A stretch of 64,000 nt of DNA, taken from the NCBI GenBank assembly GCA_001661245.1, contig KV454017.1:549061-613060 (forward strand), read 5' to 3'. The stretch is from Pachysolen tannophilus NRRL Y-2460. Lineage: Eukaryota. The position numbers were made by a program, and so were the translations under genes. The notes under the pieces were generated by a model. The model made no database searches. It was given only the letters and a program-made list of their open reading frames with translations, and had not been told where the DNA came from. Below, piece by piece: positions 54,072-64,000 of the stretch. Numbering within the stretch: the stretch's first letter is position 1; every line of letters begins with the position of its first letter.

Positions 54072-57000
54072 ATGGCTAGTAAAGGTGGAAGATTTCCCTA
54101 TTCTAGTGCGCCACTTCGTACTGTTAAGGAAGTAAGTAATACCTCATACGTTTGACTGAGGGATTCATAATTATCAATTGAACATTAGTACTTAACTTTT
54201 TTTTTTTCTTTTTACTTTTACAGGTTCAATTTGGTCTTCTTTCTCCGGAAGAAATTAGAGCTATTTCGGTTGCCAAAATAGAATATCCTGAAGTCTATGA
54301 CCAATCGCATCAGCGATTAAGAGTAGGAGGATTGAATGATCCTAGGTTAGGAACAGTTGACAGATACTTGAAATGTGAAACATGTGGTGAGGATGCAAAT
54401 GAATGCCCTGGTCATTTTGGTCACATAGAATTGGCAAGACCTGTTTTCCATATCGGATTCATTCCTAAAATCAAGAAAGTTTGTGAATGTATCTGTATGC
54501 ATTGTGGTAAGTTGTTATTAGATGAAACTAACCCATTATTTGCCCAAGCTGTAAAAGTTAGGGACCCAAAAAAGAGATTTCACGCAGTTTGGAGTTTATG
54601 TAAAACAAAAATGGTTTGTGAGGCAGATATACCTCAAGAAAATGAAAATGGGGATGTTACCCAGATTGCAAGAGGTGGTTGTGGTAATACACAACCAACT
54701 GTTAGAAAAGATGGATTGAAATTATGGGGTACTTGGAAGAAAAATGTAGATGAAGCAGACCAACCGGAACGTAGATTATTGACACCAGCAGAGATTTTAA
54801 ATGTTTTTAAACATATCTCACCAGAGGATTGTAAAAAGTTGGGATTTAATGAAGATTATGCGAGACCAGAATGGATGATAATAACTGTTTTACCAGTTCC
54901 TCCTCCAGCAGTTAGACCTTCAGTTCAAGTCAATGATACTGCTCGTGGTGAAGATGATTTAACTTTCAAACTAGCTGATATTGTAAAATATAACATGAGT
55001 GTTCAGAAGTTAGAAATGGATGGATCTCCTCTTCACGTTATTAGTGAATATGAAGCATTATTGCAATTCCATGTTGCCACTTATATGGATAATGATATAG
55101 CCGGACAACCACAAGCATTACAAAAATCAGGTAGACCAATCAAATCCATAAGAGCCAGATTAAAGGGTAAAGAAGGTAGACTAAGAGGTAATTTAATGGG
55201 TAAGCGTGTTGATTTTTCAGCTCGTACAGTCATTTCTGGTGATCCAAACTTGGAATTAGATCAAGTTGGAGTTCCAAGAAGTATTGCAAGAACCTTGACT
55301 TATCCAGAAATGGTCACCCCTTACAATATTCATAAATTGACTCTGTTGGTTAGAAATGGTCCAAACGAACATCCAGGTGCAAGGTATGTCTTCCGTGACA
55401 CTGGAGAGCGTATAGATTTAAAATACCATAAACGTGCGGGTGATATAGCGTTGCAATACGGTTGGATTGTTGAGCGTCATCTTATGGATAATGACCCTGT
55501 TTTGTTCAACCGTCAACCCTCTTTGCATAAGATGTCAATGATGACACATAGAGTTAAAGTCATGCCTTATTCTACTTTCAGATTGAACTTGTCTGTTACT
55601 TCTCCTTATAATGCTGATTTTGATGGTGATGAAATGAATTTACATGTCCCCCAATCTGAAGAAACTAGAGCAGAGTTGTCCCAATTATGTGCGGTTCCTT
55701 TACAAATTGTGTCTCCACAATCGAATAAACCTGTTATGGGTATTGTTCAAGATACATTGTGTGGTATTAGAAAAATGACCCTTCGAGATGTATTCATCGA
55801 GTATGATCAAGTTATGAATATTTTGTATTGGATTCCAACATGGGACGGAGTTATCCCAGAACCAACAATAATAAAACCAAAACCTTTATGGACAGGTAAG
55901 CAAATGCTTTCTATGGTTATTCCTAAAGGAATAAACATAGAAAGAAAAGATGAAAAGTTTACATATCTTTCAAAAGATGATACAGGGATGTTAATTATAG
56001 ATGGAGAAATAATGTTGGGTGTCGTGAATAAAAAAACTGTTGGTGCCACAGGTGGTGGTTTAATCCATGCTGTCATGAGAGAGAAAGGACCACAAGTATG
56101 TGCTGACTTATTTGGTAATATTCAAAAAGTTGTAAATTATTGGTTATTACATAATGGTTTCTCTATAGGTATTGGTGATACCATCGCTGACGCTCCAACC
56201 GTTAGACAAATTACTAACACTATTTTAAAAGCAAAAGACAAAGTTCAAGAGATTATTTTGAGGGCTCAAAATAACGAGTTACCACCTGAACCAGGTATGA
56301 CATTGAGAGAATCTTTTGAGCAAAATGTTTCTCAAGTTTTAAATCAAGCCCGTGATGATGTTGGTAAAGCTACAGCAGATGCATTAAAAGATTTGAACAA
56401 CGTTAAACAGATGGTTTCAGCTGGTTCCAAAGGTTCTAACATTAATATTTCCCAAATGTCTGCCTGTGTTGGTCAGCAAATTGTGGAAGGTAAACGTATT
56501 CCATTTGGGTTTTCTGATAGATCGTTACCGCATTTTACTAAGGATGATTACTCTCCAGAATCTAGAGGATTTGTTGAAAATTCATATTTAAGAGGTTTGA
56601 CACCACAAGAATTTTTCTTCCATGCTATGGCTGGTCGTGAAGGATTAATTGATACTGCTGTTAAAACAGCAGAAACCGGTTATATTCAGCGTCGTTTAGT
56701 CAAGGCTTTAGAAGATATCATGGTTCACTATGATGGTACTACTAGAAACTCTCTTGGTAATGTTTTGCAATTTATTTACGGTGAAGATGGTCTTGATGCT
56801 ACCCAAGTTGAGAAACAAGCTATTGACACCATTCCAGGAACAGATGAAGCTTTTGAGCGTCGTTATAGAATTGATGTTATGGATCAATCGAAATCTATTC
56901 GTCCAGAGTTGATTGAATATGGTTCGGAAATTATTGGTGATGTGAATTTGCAAAGTATTTTAGATGAGGAATATAATCAATTACTAGAGGACCGTCGTTA

Positions 57001-59425
57001 TTTAAGAGAAGAATGTTTCTTGAATGGTGATTTCCAATGGCCTTTGCCTGTAAATATTCGTCGTGTGATTCAAAACTCACAAAAGATTTTTCATATCGAT
57101 CATTCTAAAGCAAGTGATTTGACATTACAGGATATTGTACGTGGAGTTCAAGAACTATGTGGCAAGTTATATGTTACTAAAGGTTCGGGAAAATTGTACG
57201 AAGAAAGTACGGCAAATGCCACTTTGTTATTCCAGTGTTTGATTCGTTCCCGTCTTGCTACACGTCGTATTGTTGAAGAATATAGATTGAGTAAAATTGC
57301 ATTTGAATGGGTTTTGGGTCAAATTGAGGATCAATTCCAACGTTCAGTTGTTCATCCTGGTGAAATGGTAGGTGTTGTTGCTGCTCAATCTATTGGTGAG
57401 CCTGCTACTCAAATGACATTGAATACGTTCCATTTTGCCGGTGTTTCTTCAAAGAACGTCACTTTAGGTGTTCCTCGTCTTAAGGAAATTTTGAACGTTG
57501 CCAAGAACATTAAAACACCTGCTTTAACTGTTTATCTAGAACCTGAAGTTGCGGCAGATATAGAGAAAGCAAAAGTTGTTCAATCTGCCATCGAACATGC
57601 TACCTTGAAAAATGTTACTGCCGCTACTGAGATTTATTACGATCCAGATCCTAGAACAACTGTTATAGAGGAGGATTTGGACACAGTCGAGGCATATTTT
57701 GCTATTCCAGACGAAAAAGTTGAAGAAACTATTGATAAGCAATCACCTTGGTTACTTCGTTTTGAACTTGATCGTACCAAGATGTTGGATAAACAATTGA
57801 CAATGAGTCAAGTTGTTGATAAAATCAAGGAAAATTTCCTTGATGATATTTTTGTCATTTGGTCTGAAGATAATGCTGATAAGTTAATTATTCGTTGTCG
57901 TGTTGTCCGTGATCCAAAATCTATGGATCCAGATGATGAAGATAAGGAAGATCAAATGTTGAAGATGGTTGAAGCTCAAATGTTAGAATCGATTTCTCTT
58001 CGTGGTATTCCAGGTATAATCAGAGTCTTTATGATGAAGCATAAGAGAAGAGATCCGGATGCAACAGGTGCCTATAAAGATGGTGAAGAGTGGGTTCTTG
58101 AAACTGATGGTATTAATCTTGCGGAAGTCATGTCTGTTTCAGGTGTTGACTCTACGAGAACTTATTCTAACTCATTCGTTGAAGTCTTGTCTGTCCTTGG
58201 TATTGAAGCAGCAAGAAACGCTGTCTACAAAGAAATTCTTAACGTTATTTCTTTCGATGGTTCTTATGTCAACTATAGACATATGTCTTTATTGGTTGAT
58301 GCTATGACTTCCAGAGGGCATTTGATGGCTATTACTCGTCATGGTATTAATAGGGCAGATACTGGGGCTTTGATGAGGGCTTCATTTGAGGAAACAGTCG
58401 AAATTCTTCTTGAAGCTGGTGCTACAGCCGAGTTGGATGATTGTCATGGTGTTTCTGAAAATGTTATGTTAGGTCAAATAGCACCTTTGGGTACTGGTTC
58501 TTTTGACGTTATGATTGATGAGGATATGCTAAGTGCATTACCCGGTAGTTATGGTCTGCTGCCGGTTTCATTCTCCAAACTTTCTAAAGCTGGAGATGGT
58601 GCTGCCACACCTTATGAGTCGGGTATTTCCTTTGACAATGAGCAAGTTTATGATGACAGTTCTGCGGCATTCTCTCCTATTGTCCAGTCGGGTGCTGAGG
58701 TTGATGAGAACACGGGTCACTTAACAGCATATGGTGGATTCCAGAGTTCTTACACTCCTGCGTCTCCGGGAATTGCTCCTACTTCGCCATTTTCAGGTGC
58801 TGGTTTTGGTGCAACATCTCCTGGATACTCAGTCACATCTCCTGGATATAATGTCACCTCCCCAAGTTATTCGCCAGCTTCTCCAAGTTATTCACCAACT
58901 TCACCATCCTATTCACCAACTTCACCAAGTTATTCACCAACATCTCCAAGTTATTCTCCAACATCTCCAAGTTATTCTCCGACTTCACCAAGTTATTCGC
59001 CAACTTCACCAAGTTATTCTCCGACTTCACCAAGTTATTCTCCAACTTCACCATCCTATTCACCAACTTCACCAAGTTATTCTCCAACATCGCCATCCTA
59101 TTCGCCAACTTCACCATCTTACAGTCCAACTTCTCCTCAATATAGTCCAACTTCTCCACAATACAGTCCAACATCTCCTCAATATAGTCCGACTTCACCA
59201 CAGTACTCACCTACTTCACCACAGTACAGCCCAACTTCACCGCAGTACAGTCCAACTTCACCGCAGTACTCACCTACTTCACCACAATACAGTCCGACCT
59301 CGCCTCAATATTCACCTACATCACCACAATATAGTCCAACCTCACCACAATATTCACCTACGTCACCACAATACAGTCCGAAGTCTCCATCTTACAGTAA
59401 GAAAGATGAGAAGGAGGATCATTAA
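54072..59425 (+). CDS. RPO21: RNA polymerase II largest subunit Rpb1; exons 54072-54131 and 54224-59425
   Basis: Exon 1 [20 protein letters not shown] joins in frame to [11 protein letters not shown] across a 92-nt GTAAGT..CAG intron. [10 protein letters not shown] and a heptad CTD are present. Confidence 0.99.
58805..59392 (+). repeat. 21-bp coding repeats of the Rpb1 CTD
   Basis: Degenerate heptads, then YSPASPS, 11x YSPTSPS, 12x YSPTSPQ and YSPKSPS. Confidence 0.97.
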
Positions 59426-59741
59426 AAATATAAATGGGCTTAGTTGTTTCCTATATAAGCTAGTCCTGGTGTATTTTTATGAAGCTTTTAATTTGAAGAA
59501 TAATTCCTCATTAGCTCGTGGTCCTATGTTTCCTTGGTTGAAGAGTTTAATAAAAAGAGATTTTATTTTGTTTATTAGTATGCGCAAGTTAACTTTTCTA
59601 TAGAGTAACTTGATTTTTTTTATTTATGTACGTTTTTGTTTAATTTTGTTTTTCTTCTAATAAAAAAGTAAAGTGATATAAAAACTGTTCATGTAATTAT
59701 GAACAAACTAATGTATATACAATGTATACGCCTTTAATTAT

Positions 59742-61781
59742 TTAGGATTTTTTCCTAGAAATTAACCCTTTAAACATGTCAAAAGAATTTCCGTCAGGTT
59801 GCAATTCGAATTTCGAACCAGTTAAACAGTTTTGCCAATCTATTTCTTCCGCAACTAGCATACCCCAATCATTGGTGATACCAGTAATTTTTGCTCTCAC
59901 TTTTCTTCCAAGAGAATTATTTTGGTGGACATGACTATTACTATCTATGGTAACAACCTGTCCACTGTGTAACCACCTTTTATAATACAAATCTAAGAAT
60001 TCTTGATCAAATCCTGTGCTTCTAAATTTCGTAAACATCTTATCGAAGATATACATATAATTTGCCAAAAGCTTTTCCGTTGAAAATAGTTCCAATGGTT
60101 TTAAATCTTGCTGTGATCTAATTTGATTTATTTTCTCTAATAACAAGTTGAGAGAAGTTGTTGGAGCTGAATTGGAGACATTTATACCTGTTCCGGAGAC
60201 TAAATAATACTGTCCATCTAAAATGTTAGTATTTATAAGTATTCCGCATACTTTAACGTAAGCTGGATCAGCTTCATTCAATGTTTCCTCCTTTCCGAAA
60301 AATTCTGGTTTTAGCAAGTATATATCGTTTGGCCATTTGATTCTTACAGGAATAAAAGAGTAATCTTGACCCGACTCAGAAACAACATTTCCGTAATTTA
60401 AAACGGCTTCTACCATTGCTAAGCTTACCAAGTATTGTATGAACACAATAGGGGATGTGGATGCTGCTTGTAGAGGTAGCTTCAAAACTTGAGAAAATGC
60501 CAATACACCAGGTGGGTTCACCCAAATGTTTCCGCCTCTACCCCTACCAGATACCTGTGTTGTTCCAACCATAGTATATCCATGGGGCAAACATTTGAGA
60601 ATGTTGATATTTTTATCTATCATGGTAGATGTAGATGTAACCACTTCTCCATAAACCAACGTAGTACCAAGATCACCAACATCTCCCCCCGACAAATGAC
60701 TAAGCACGCTATAATACAATTGTAAGTTAAAATAAGGAGTCAATTTTCTATCTGCCACTTCATATTCCGGAAATATTTCTAATTCTTTGATAGCTGTGTC
60801 AGGATCTTCAAATTCTTCTTGTTTGCTCAAATGGCTTAAATTGGTGTATTCTTTCCCAGCTTCATGTATTCTAAAAGTATCATTATTTCCTCTAAGTAAG
60901 TTATTCTGCTCAAATCCGATCTTAGACTGCCAGTCTTGTATCAATTTTGGAATTACACCCAGTTTCATTGAAGTCAATAATAAAGGAGTCAATCTTGGTC
61001 TTGATGTAGCTTCATCATTCACTTTTAATCCTAATTTTGTTAACCATTTTTTGAAAAAACGAATCCTTGTATGATCAAATTTTCTTAATGTTTCAATTAT
61101 AGAAGCATAGTTTTCATCTCTCATTAACTCTGGTGTAAATTCAGGATGTGTTCCTGATAGTAATACCAGACCTTTACCTACTTTACAAAGTATAACCGCA
61201 GCTCTATTAGAATCACACGCAACATCGACTGGGATCTTATAAGAGGCCAATATTTCTGTATTTTCATAATCTTCAGCATTAACAAACACTGCACCTCCAT
61301 TATAGTAGTTGAAAATTCTTTCACTAGGTGATAATTGATCTCTTGGAGTTAATTCAACAGCTTTTGATCCAATTTCAGAATCATACACAAACCCTTTGTA
61401 AGCACATCCTCTAGCAATTCCTGGGAAAAACTTCAACTCCCTAGGACCACTAACTTCCATCTGAGGATTTCCAACTTCAAATTCACATCTAGATGAACCA
61501 TAATATCCTCCAGCACAAAATCCAATATATTTACCACCCAGTCTTACCCAATCTTTAATAATCTTATTACCTTCGCCATTAAACTCCCTACACATCGGTA
61601 AATCGGCACCACCAGGAAATACTAACAACGACGTCTTTGATTGCCATGGCTCATACTTCAACACTTTGGCATCAACAGAAGTAACTGCATAATATGGAGA
61701 AAGAAACCGTCTTAAAGTCTCAAGACAATGTTTGACTGAGTCAGCTGTCGATCCTGCACCTGAATATACTAAAACATTCAT
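59742..61781 (-). CDS. BPL1: Biotin-protein ligase (holocarboxylase synthetase)
   Basis: MNVLVYSG BPL_N domain, QVSGRGRGGNIW, IKWPNDIY, LQPDGNSFDMFKGLI. Confidence 0.97.
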   Translation of the reverse strand: MNVLVYSGAGSTADSVKHCLETLRRFLSPYYAVTSVDAKVLKYEPWQSKTSLLVFPGGADLPMCREFNGEGNKIIKDWVRLGGKYIGFCAGGYYGSSRCEFEVGNPQMEVSGPRELKFFPGIARGCAYKGFVYDSEIGSKAVELTPRDQLSPSERIFNYYNGGAVFVNAEDYENTEILASYKIPVDVACDSNRAAVILCKVGKGLVLLSGTHPEFTPELMRDENYASIIETLRKFDHTRIRFFKKWLTKLGLKVNDEATSRPRLTPLLLTSMKLGVIPKLIQDWQSKIGFEQNNLLRGNNDTFRIHEAGKEYTNLSHLSKQEEFEDPDTAIKELEIFPEYEVADRKLTPYFNLQLYYSVLSHLSGGDVGDLGTTLVYGEVVTSTSTMIDKNINILKCLPHGYTMVGTTQVSGRGRGGNIWVNPPGVLAFSQVLKLPLQAASTSPIVFIQYLVSLAMVEAVLNYGNVVSESGQDYSFIPVRIKWPNDIYLLKPEFFGKEETLNEADPAYVKVCGILINTNILDGQYYLVSGTGINVSNSAPTTSLNLLLEKINQIRSQQDLKPLELFSTEKLLANYMYIFDKMFTKFRSTGFDQEFLDLYYKRWLHSGQVVTIDSNSHVHQNNSLGRKVRAKITGITNDWGMLVAEEIDWQNCLTGSKFELQPDGNSFDMFKGLISRKKS

Positions 61782-62051
61782 AGTTCAATTCCTAACTCCA
61801 AACACAAACTATAGCTTCCTCAATATATAAGTTATTGACTTAAATCTGGCTCACAACTAGAATACCTTTTGATGATGGTGTTTTATTAGTTTTACTAGAA
61901 ATGGAAAAGGTTGAAATTTTCAGTCATTGCTACAAGTGAAAAATTAAAAAAAAGTAAAAGTAAAAGTAAAACCGAAGTTGAAACCAAAATTAAAACGAAA
62001 GAGACGGATAATACTAGAAGTCCAGATTGTGGATAATTTGGATTCAAGAAG

Positions 62052-62954
62052 ATGCTCATCAGTGTGGGTTTCAGGCCATCAATTAGACATTCAATATTGA
62101 GTTGTTCGGGTGTTAGACCTACATATCCGGCCATACTGTTAAAACCATTATTAAATACTCCATTATTTCCATCAGCTAGTAGCTTTTTTTCAACTTACTA
62201 TGGATTGTTAAACAAGAATGATAAGAAAATAGAATCAAAGATCAGTACGAAGACGGTAATAGAAAAATCTATAGAGAAGTCTAAGGAGCTCCGTTCCAAT
62301 ATTAAGACACTTATTAAGGATACTACGGTACGTGAAAATATATATACTATTCCAAATTTTTTAACCATGACAAGATTGATTGCGGCACCAATTGTTGGTT
62401 ACTTGATAGTGCAACAACAAGTTCTTTGGGCATTGGGTTTATTTACTTATTCTTGTATTACGGATTTTGTTGATGGTTATATAGCGAGAAGATTCAATTT
62501 GAAAACTGTGATTGGAACGATTATAGATCCTATGGCTGACAAATCGTTAATGATAATTTGCACTCTTTGCTTAACACAAGCAGGTCAATTGCCATTGTAT
62601 TTGGCTGTATTGATATTAGGTAGAGATATATTATTAGGTTTAAGTGCTATATATTATAGGTACATTTCTCTTCCACCACCAAAGACTTTTATGAGATTTT
62701 TTGATTTTTCAATTGCAAGTGCAGAAGTCCATCCAACCAATATTAGCAAGGTAAATACTGGTTTACAAATGTTATATATTGGGAGCTGTGTAGTAAAGCT
62801 GGTATTGGTGTCATATCTTGGAGATCATTATACATCTATCTTTTTAGAAGCCATGTCATGGTTTGAACTCGTTGTTGCCAGTACTACAATACTAAGTGGT
62901 CTCTCTTATGTATTCAGTAAAGATGCTGTCAAGATATTGACCAAGCGTCCATGA
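62052..62954 (+). CDS. CRD1: Cardiolipin synthase
   Basis: NIYTIPNFLT; CDP-alcohol phosphotransferase motif TDFVDGYIARR...GTIIDPMADK; synteny with BPL1. Confidence 0.95.
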   Translation: MLISVGFRPSIRHSILSCSGVRPTYPAILLKPLLNTPLFPSASSFFSTYYGLLNKNDKKIESKISTKTVIEKSIEKSKELRSNIKTLIKDTTVRENIYTIPNFLTMTRLIAAPIVGYLIVQQQVLWALGLFTYSCITDFVDGYIARRFNLKTVIGTIIDPMADKSLMIICTLCLTQAGQLPLYLAVLILGRDILLGLSAIYYRYISLPPPKTFMRFFDFSIASAEVHPTNISKVNTGLQMLYIGSCVVKLVLVSYLGDHYTSIFLEAMSWFELVVASTTILSGLSYVFSKDAVKILTKRP

Positions 62955-63183
62955 TATCATACAATTAGAAAAATTTTTTATATCTTAAATATTGCATGTA
63001 TATAAGTTAAGATAGTGAATTATTAGAATTCTAAGGAGTTGAATGAATAATATATTTTTAAATCTTTATTTAAAAACTATTAAGATTAAATCAAGGAATA
63101 AACGACGAAAAGTAAAAAATAAAAAACATAGGTATTAACAACTAACTAACTTAACAAGAAAATGGTCAAATATATGTACTTCT

Positions 63184-64000
63184 TCATCTACTAAACGCTA
63201 TATCATCAATTCTTAAAATAGACTTGACACACTCACTAGCCAACGTAATAGCACTGGTACTAACCAATACCGGTTGTAAAACATGTTCTTCAAGTGTATT
63301 AATTGTACCACCTCTACGGACACTTATACCGGCATTCTTTTCACCCAGGACATGTTTATTTCTTAATTCTGTAACAATATCAATAGGGTTTAATCCTGCA
63401 TTTTCTGCTAAAGTTGTTGGAATAATTTCTAATGCTTCTGCAAATTCTTTAAAACAAAATTGTTGAACTCCAGATAATTTGGATGATTCTTTCATTAATG
63501 TTTGTGAAACTTCAATTTCTGGAGCACCACCACCAGCAATAAGGGCTTTTTCTTTGACCAAACATCTAATGACACATAAAGCATCATGTAATGATCTTTC
63601 AGTTTCATCCAAGATTAATTCATTTGCTCCTCTACATACAACAGAGACAGTTGGAGATACCACGTTTTTAACACCAGTGATTTGAACAATTTTAGAACCA
63701 GCAGATTCGATTTCCTCAACAACATCAGCTGATCCAAGTCTTTGATCAGTAAAAGAATCAATGTCAGCAATAGGTTTACAACCTAAAGATTTTGATATAA
63801 ATTCAATTTCATCTCTTTCAATATCTTTAACAACTAAAATATTCAATTTACTAAGGAAATGTAATGCTAAATCATTAACAGCATCTCTTAATATAGATTT
63901 TTGAATTAATAATACATTACATTTTGCCTTTTTAATTTTTTTGCAAATATTTAACAAATAAGCTCTTTCTTCTTTTAAAATCTTATCCATTTGTCTATAA
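63184..64000 (-). CDS. CCT4: Chaperonin CCT delta subunit, 3' part
   Basis: [56 protein letters not shown]. Confidence 0.97.
   Translation of the reverse strand, partial: YRQMDKILKEERAYLLNICKKIKKAKCNVLLIQKSILRDAVNDLALHFLSKLNILVVKDIERDEIEFISKSLGCKPIADIDSFTDQRLGSADVVEEIESAGSKIVQITGVKNVVSPTVSVVCRGANELILDETERSLHDALCVIRCLVKEKALIAGGGAPEIEVSQTLMKESSKLSGVQQFCFKEFAEALEIIPTTLAENAGLNPIDIVTELRNKHVLGEKNAGISVRRGGTINTLEEHVLQPVLVSTSAITLASECVKSILRIDDIAFSR

Noticed and set aside
58731..59603. 290-aa alternative-frame ORF and 118-aa antisense ORF over the CTD
   Set aside because: Shadow frames of the 21-bp heptad repeats.
1..64000. Transposons, LTRs, CRISPR arrays, rRNA
   Set aside because: No transposase, reverse transcriptase or integrase ORFs, LTR pairs, spacer arrays or rRNA-like sequence seen; the content of the N-gaps is unknown.

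Overview
AT-rich, gene-dense budding-yeast (Saccharomycotina) draft scaffold with two N-gaps. It holds about 25 protein genes and one intron-containing tRNA-Lys(CUU). Recognisable genes: EPL1, a carboxypeptidase Y, SRP40, a Whi5-family gene, SIS2/VHS3, NOB1, SGT1, ASE1, DRE2, glyoxalase II, RPO31, a Zn2Cys6 factor, SPO22 (3 introns), SEC31, COA4 (3 introns, missed by the ORF track), SCM3, CPR6, RPO21 (1 intron), BPL1, CRD1 and CCT4. Several S. cerevisiae synteny blocks are kept. The main observation is a TMEM135-family gene cut into two back-to-back open halves by an inversion of about 739 bp (41046-41784). Other points: in-frame CTG codons often fall at non-Leu positions, suggesting a CUG-reassigned yeast (Pachysolen-like CUG-Ala is my best guess, not proven). 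SPO22 intron 1 has a weak donor followed by a Mer1-enhancer-like motif. A 21-bp perfect inverted repeat lies upstream of the Zn-cluster gene, and a Mcm1-Fkh site upstream of ASE1. The SEC31 5' duplicate next to the gap looks like an assembly artefact. Homolog comparisons are from memory; no searches were run.
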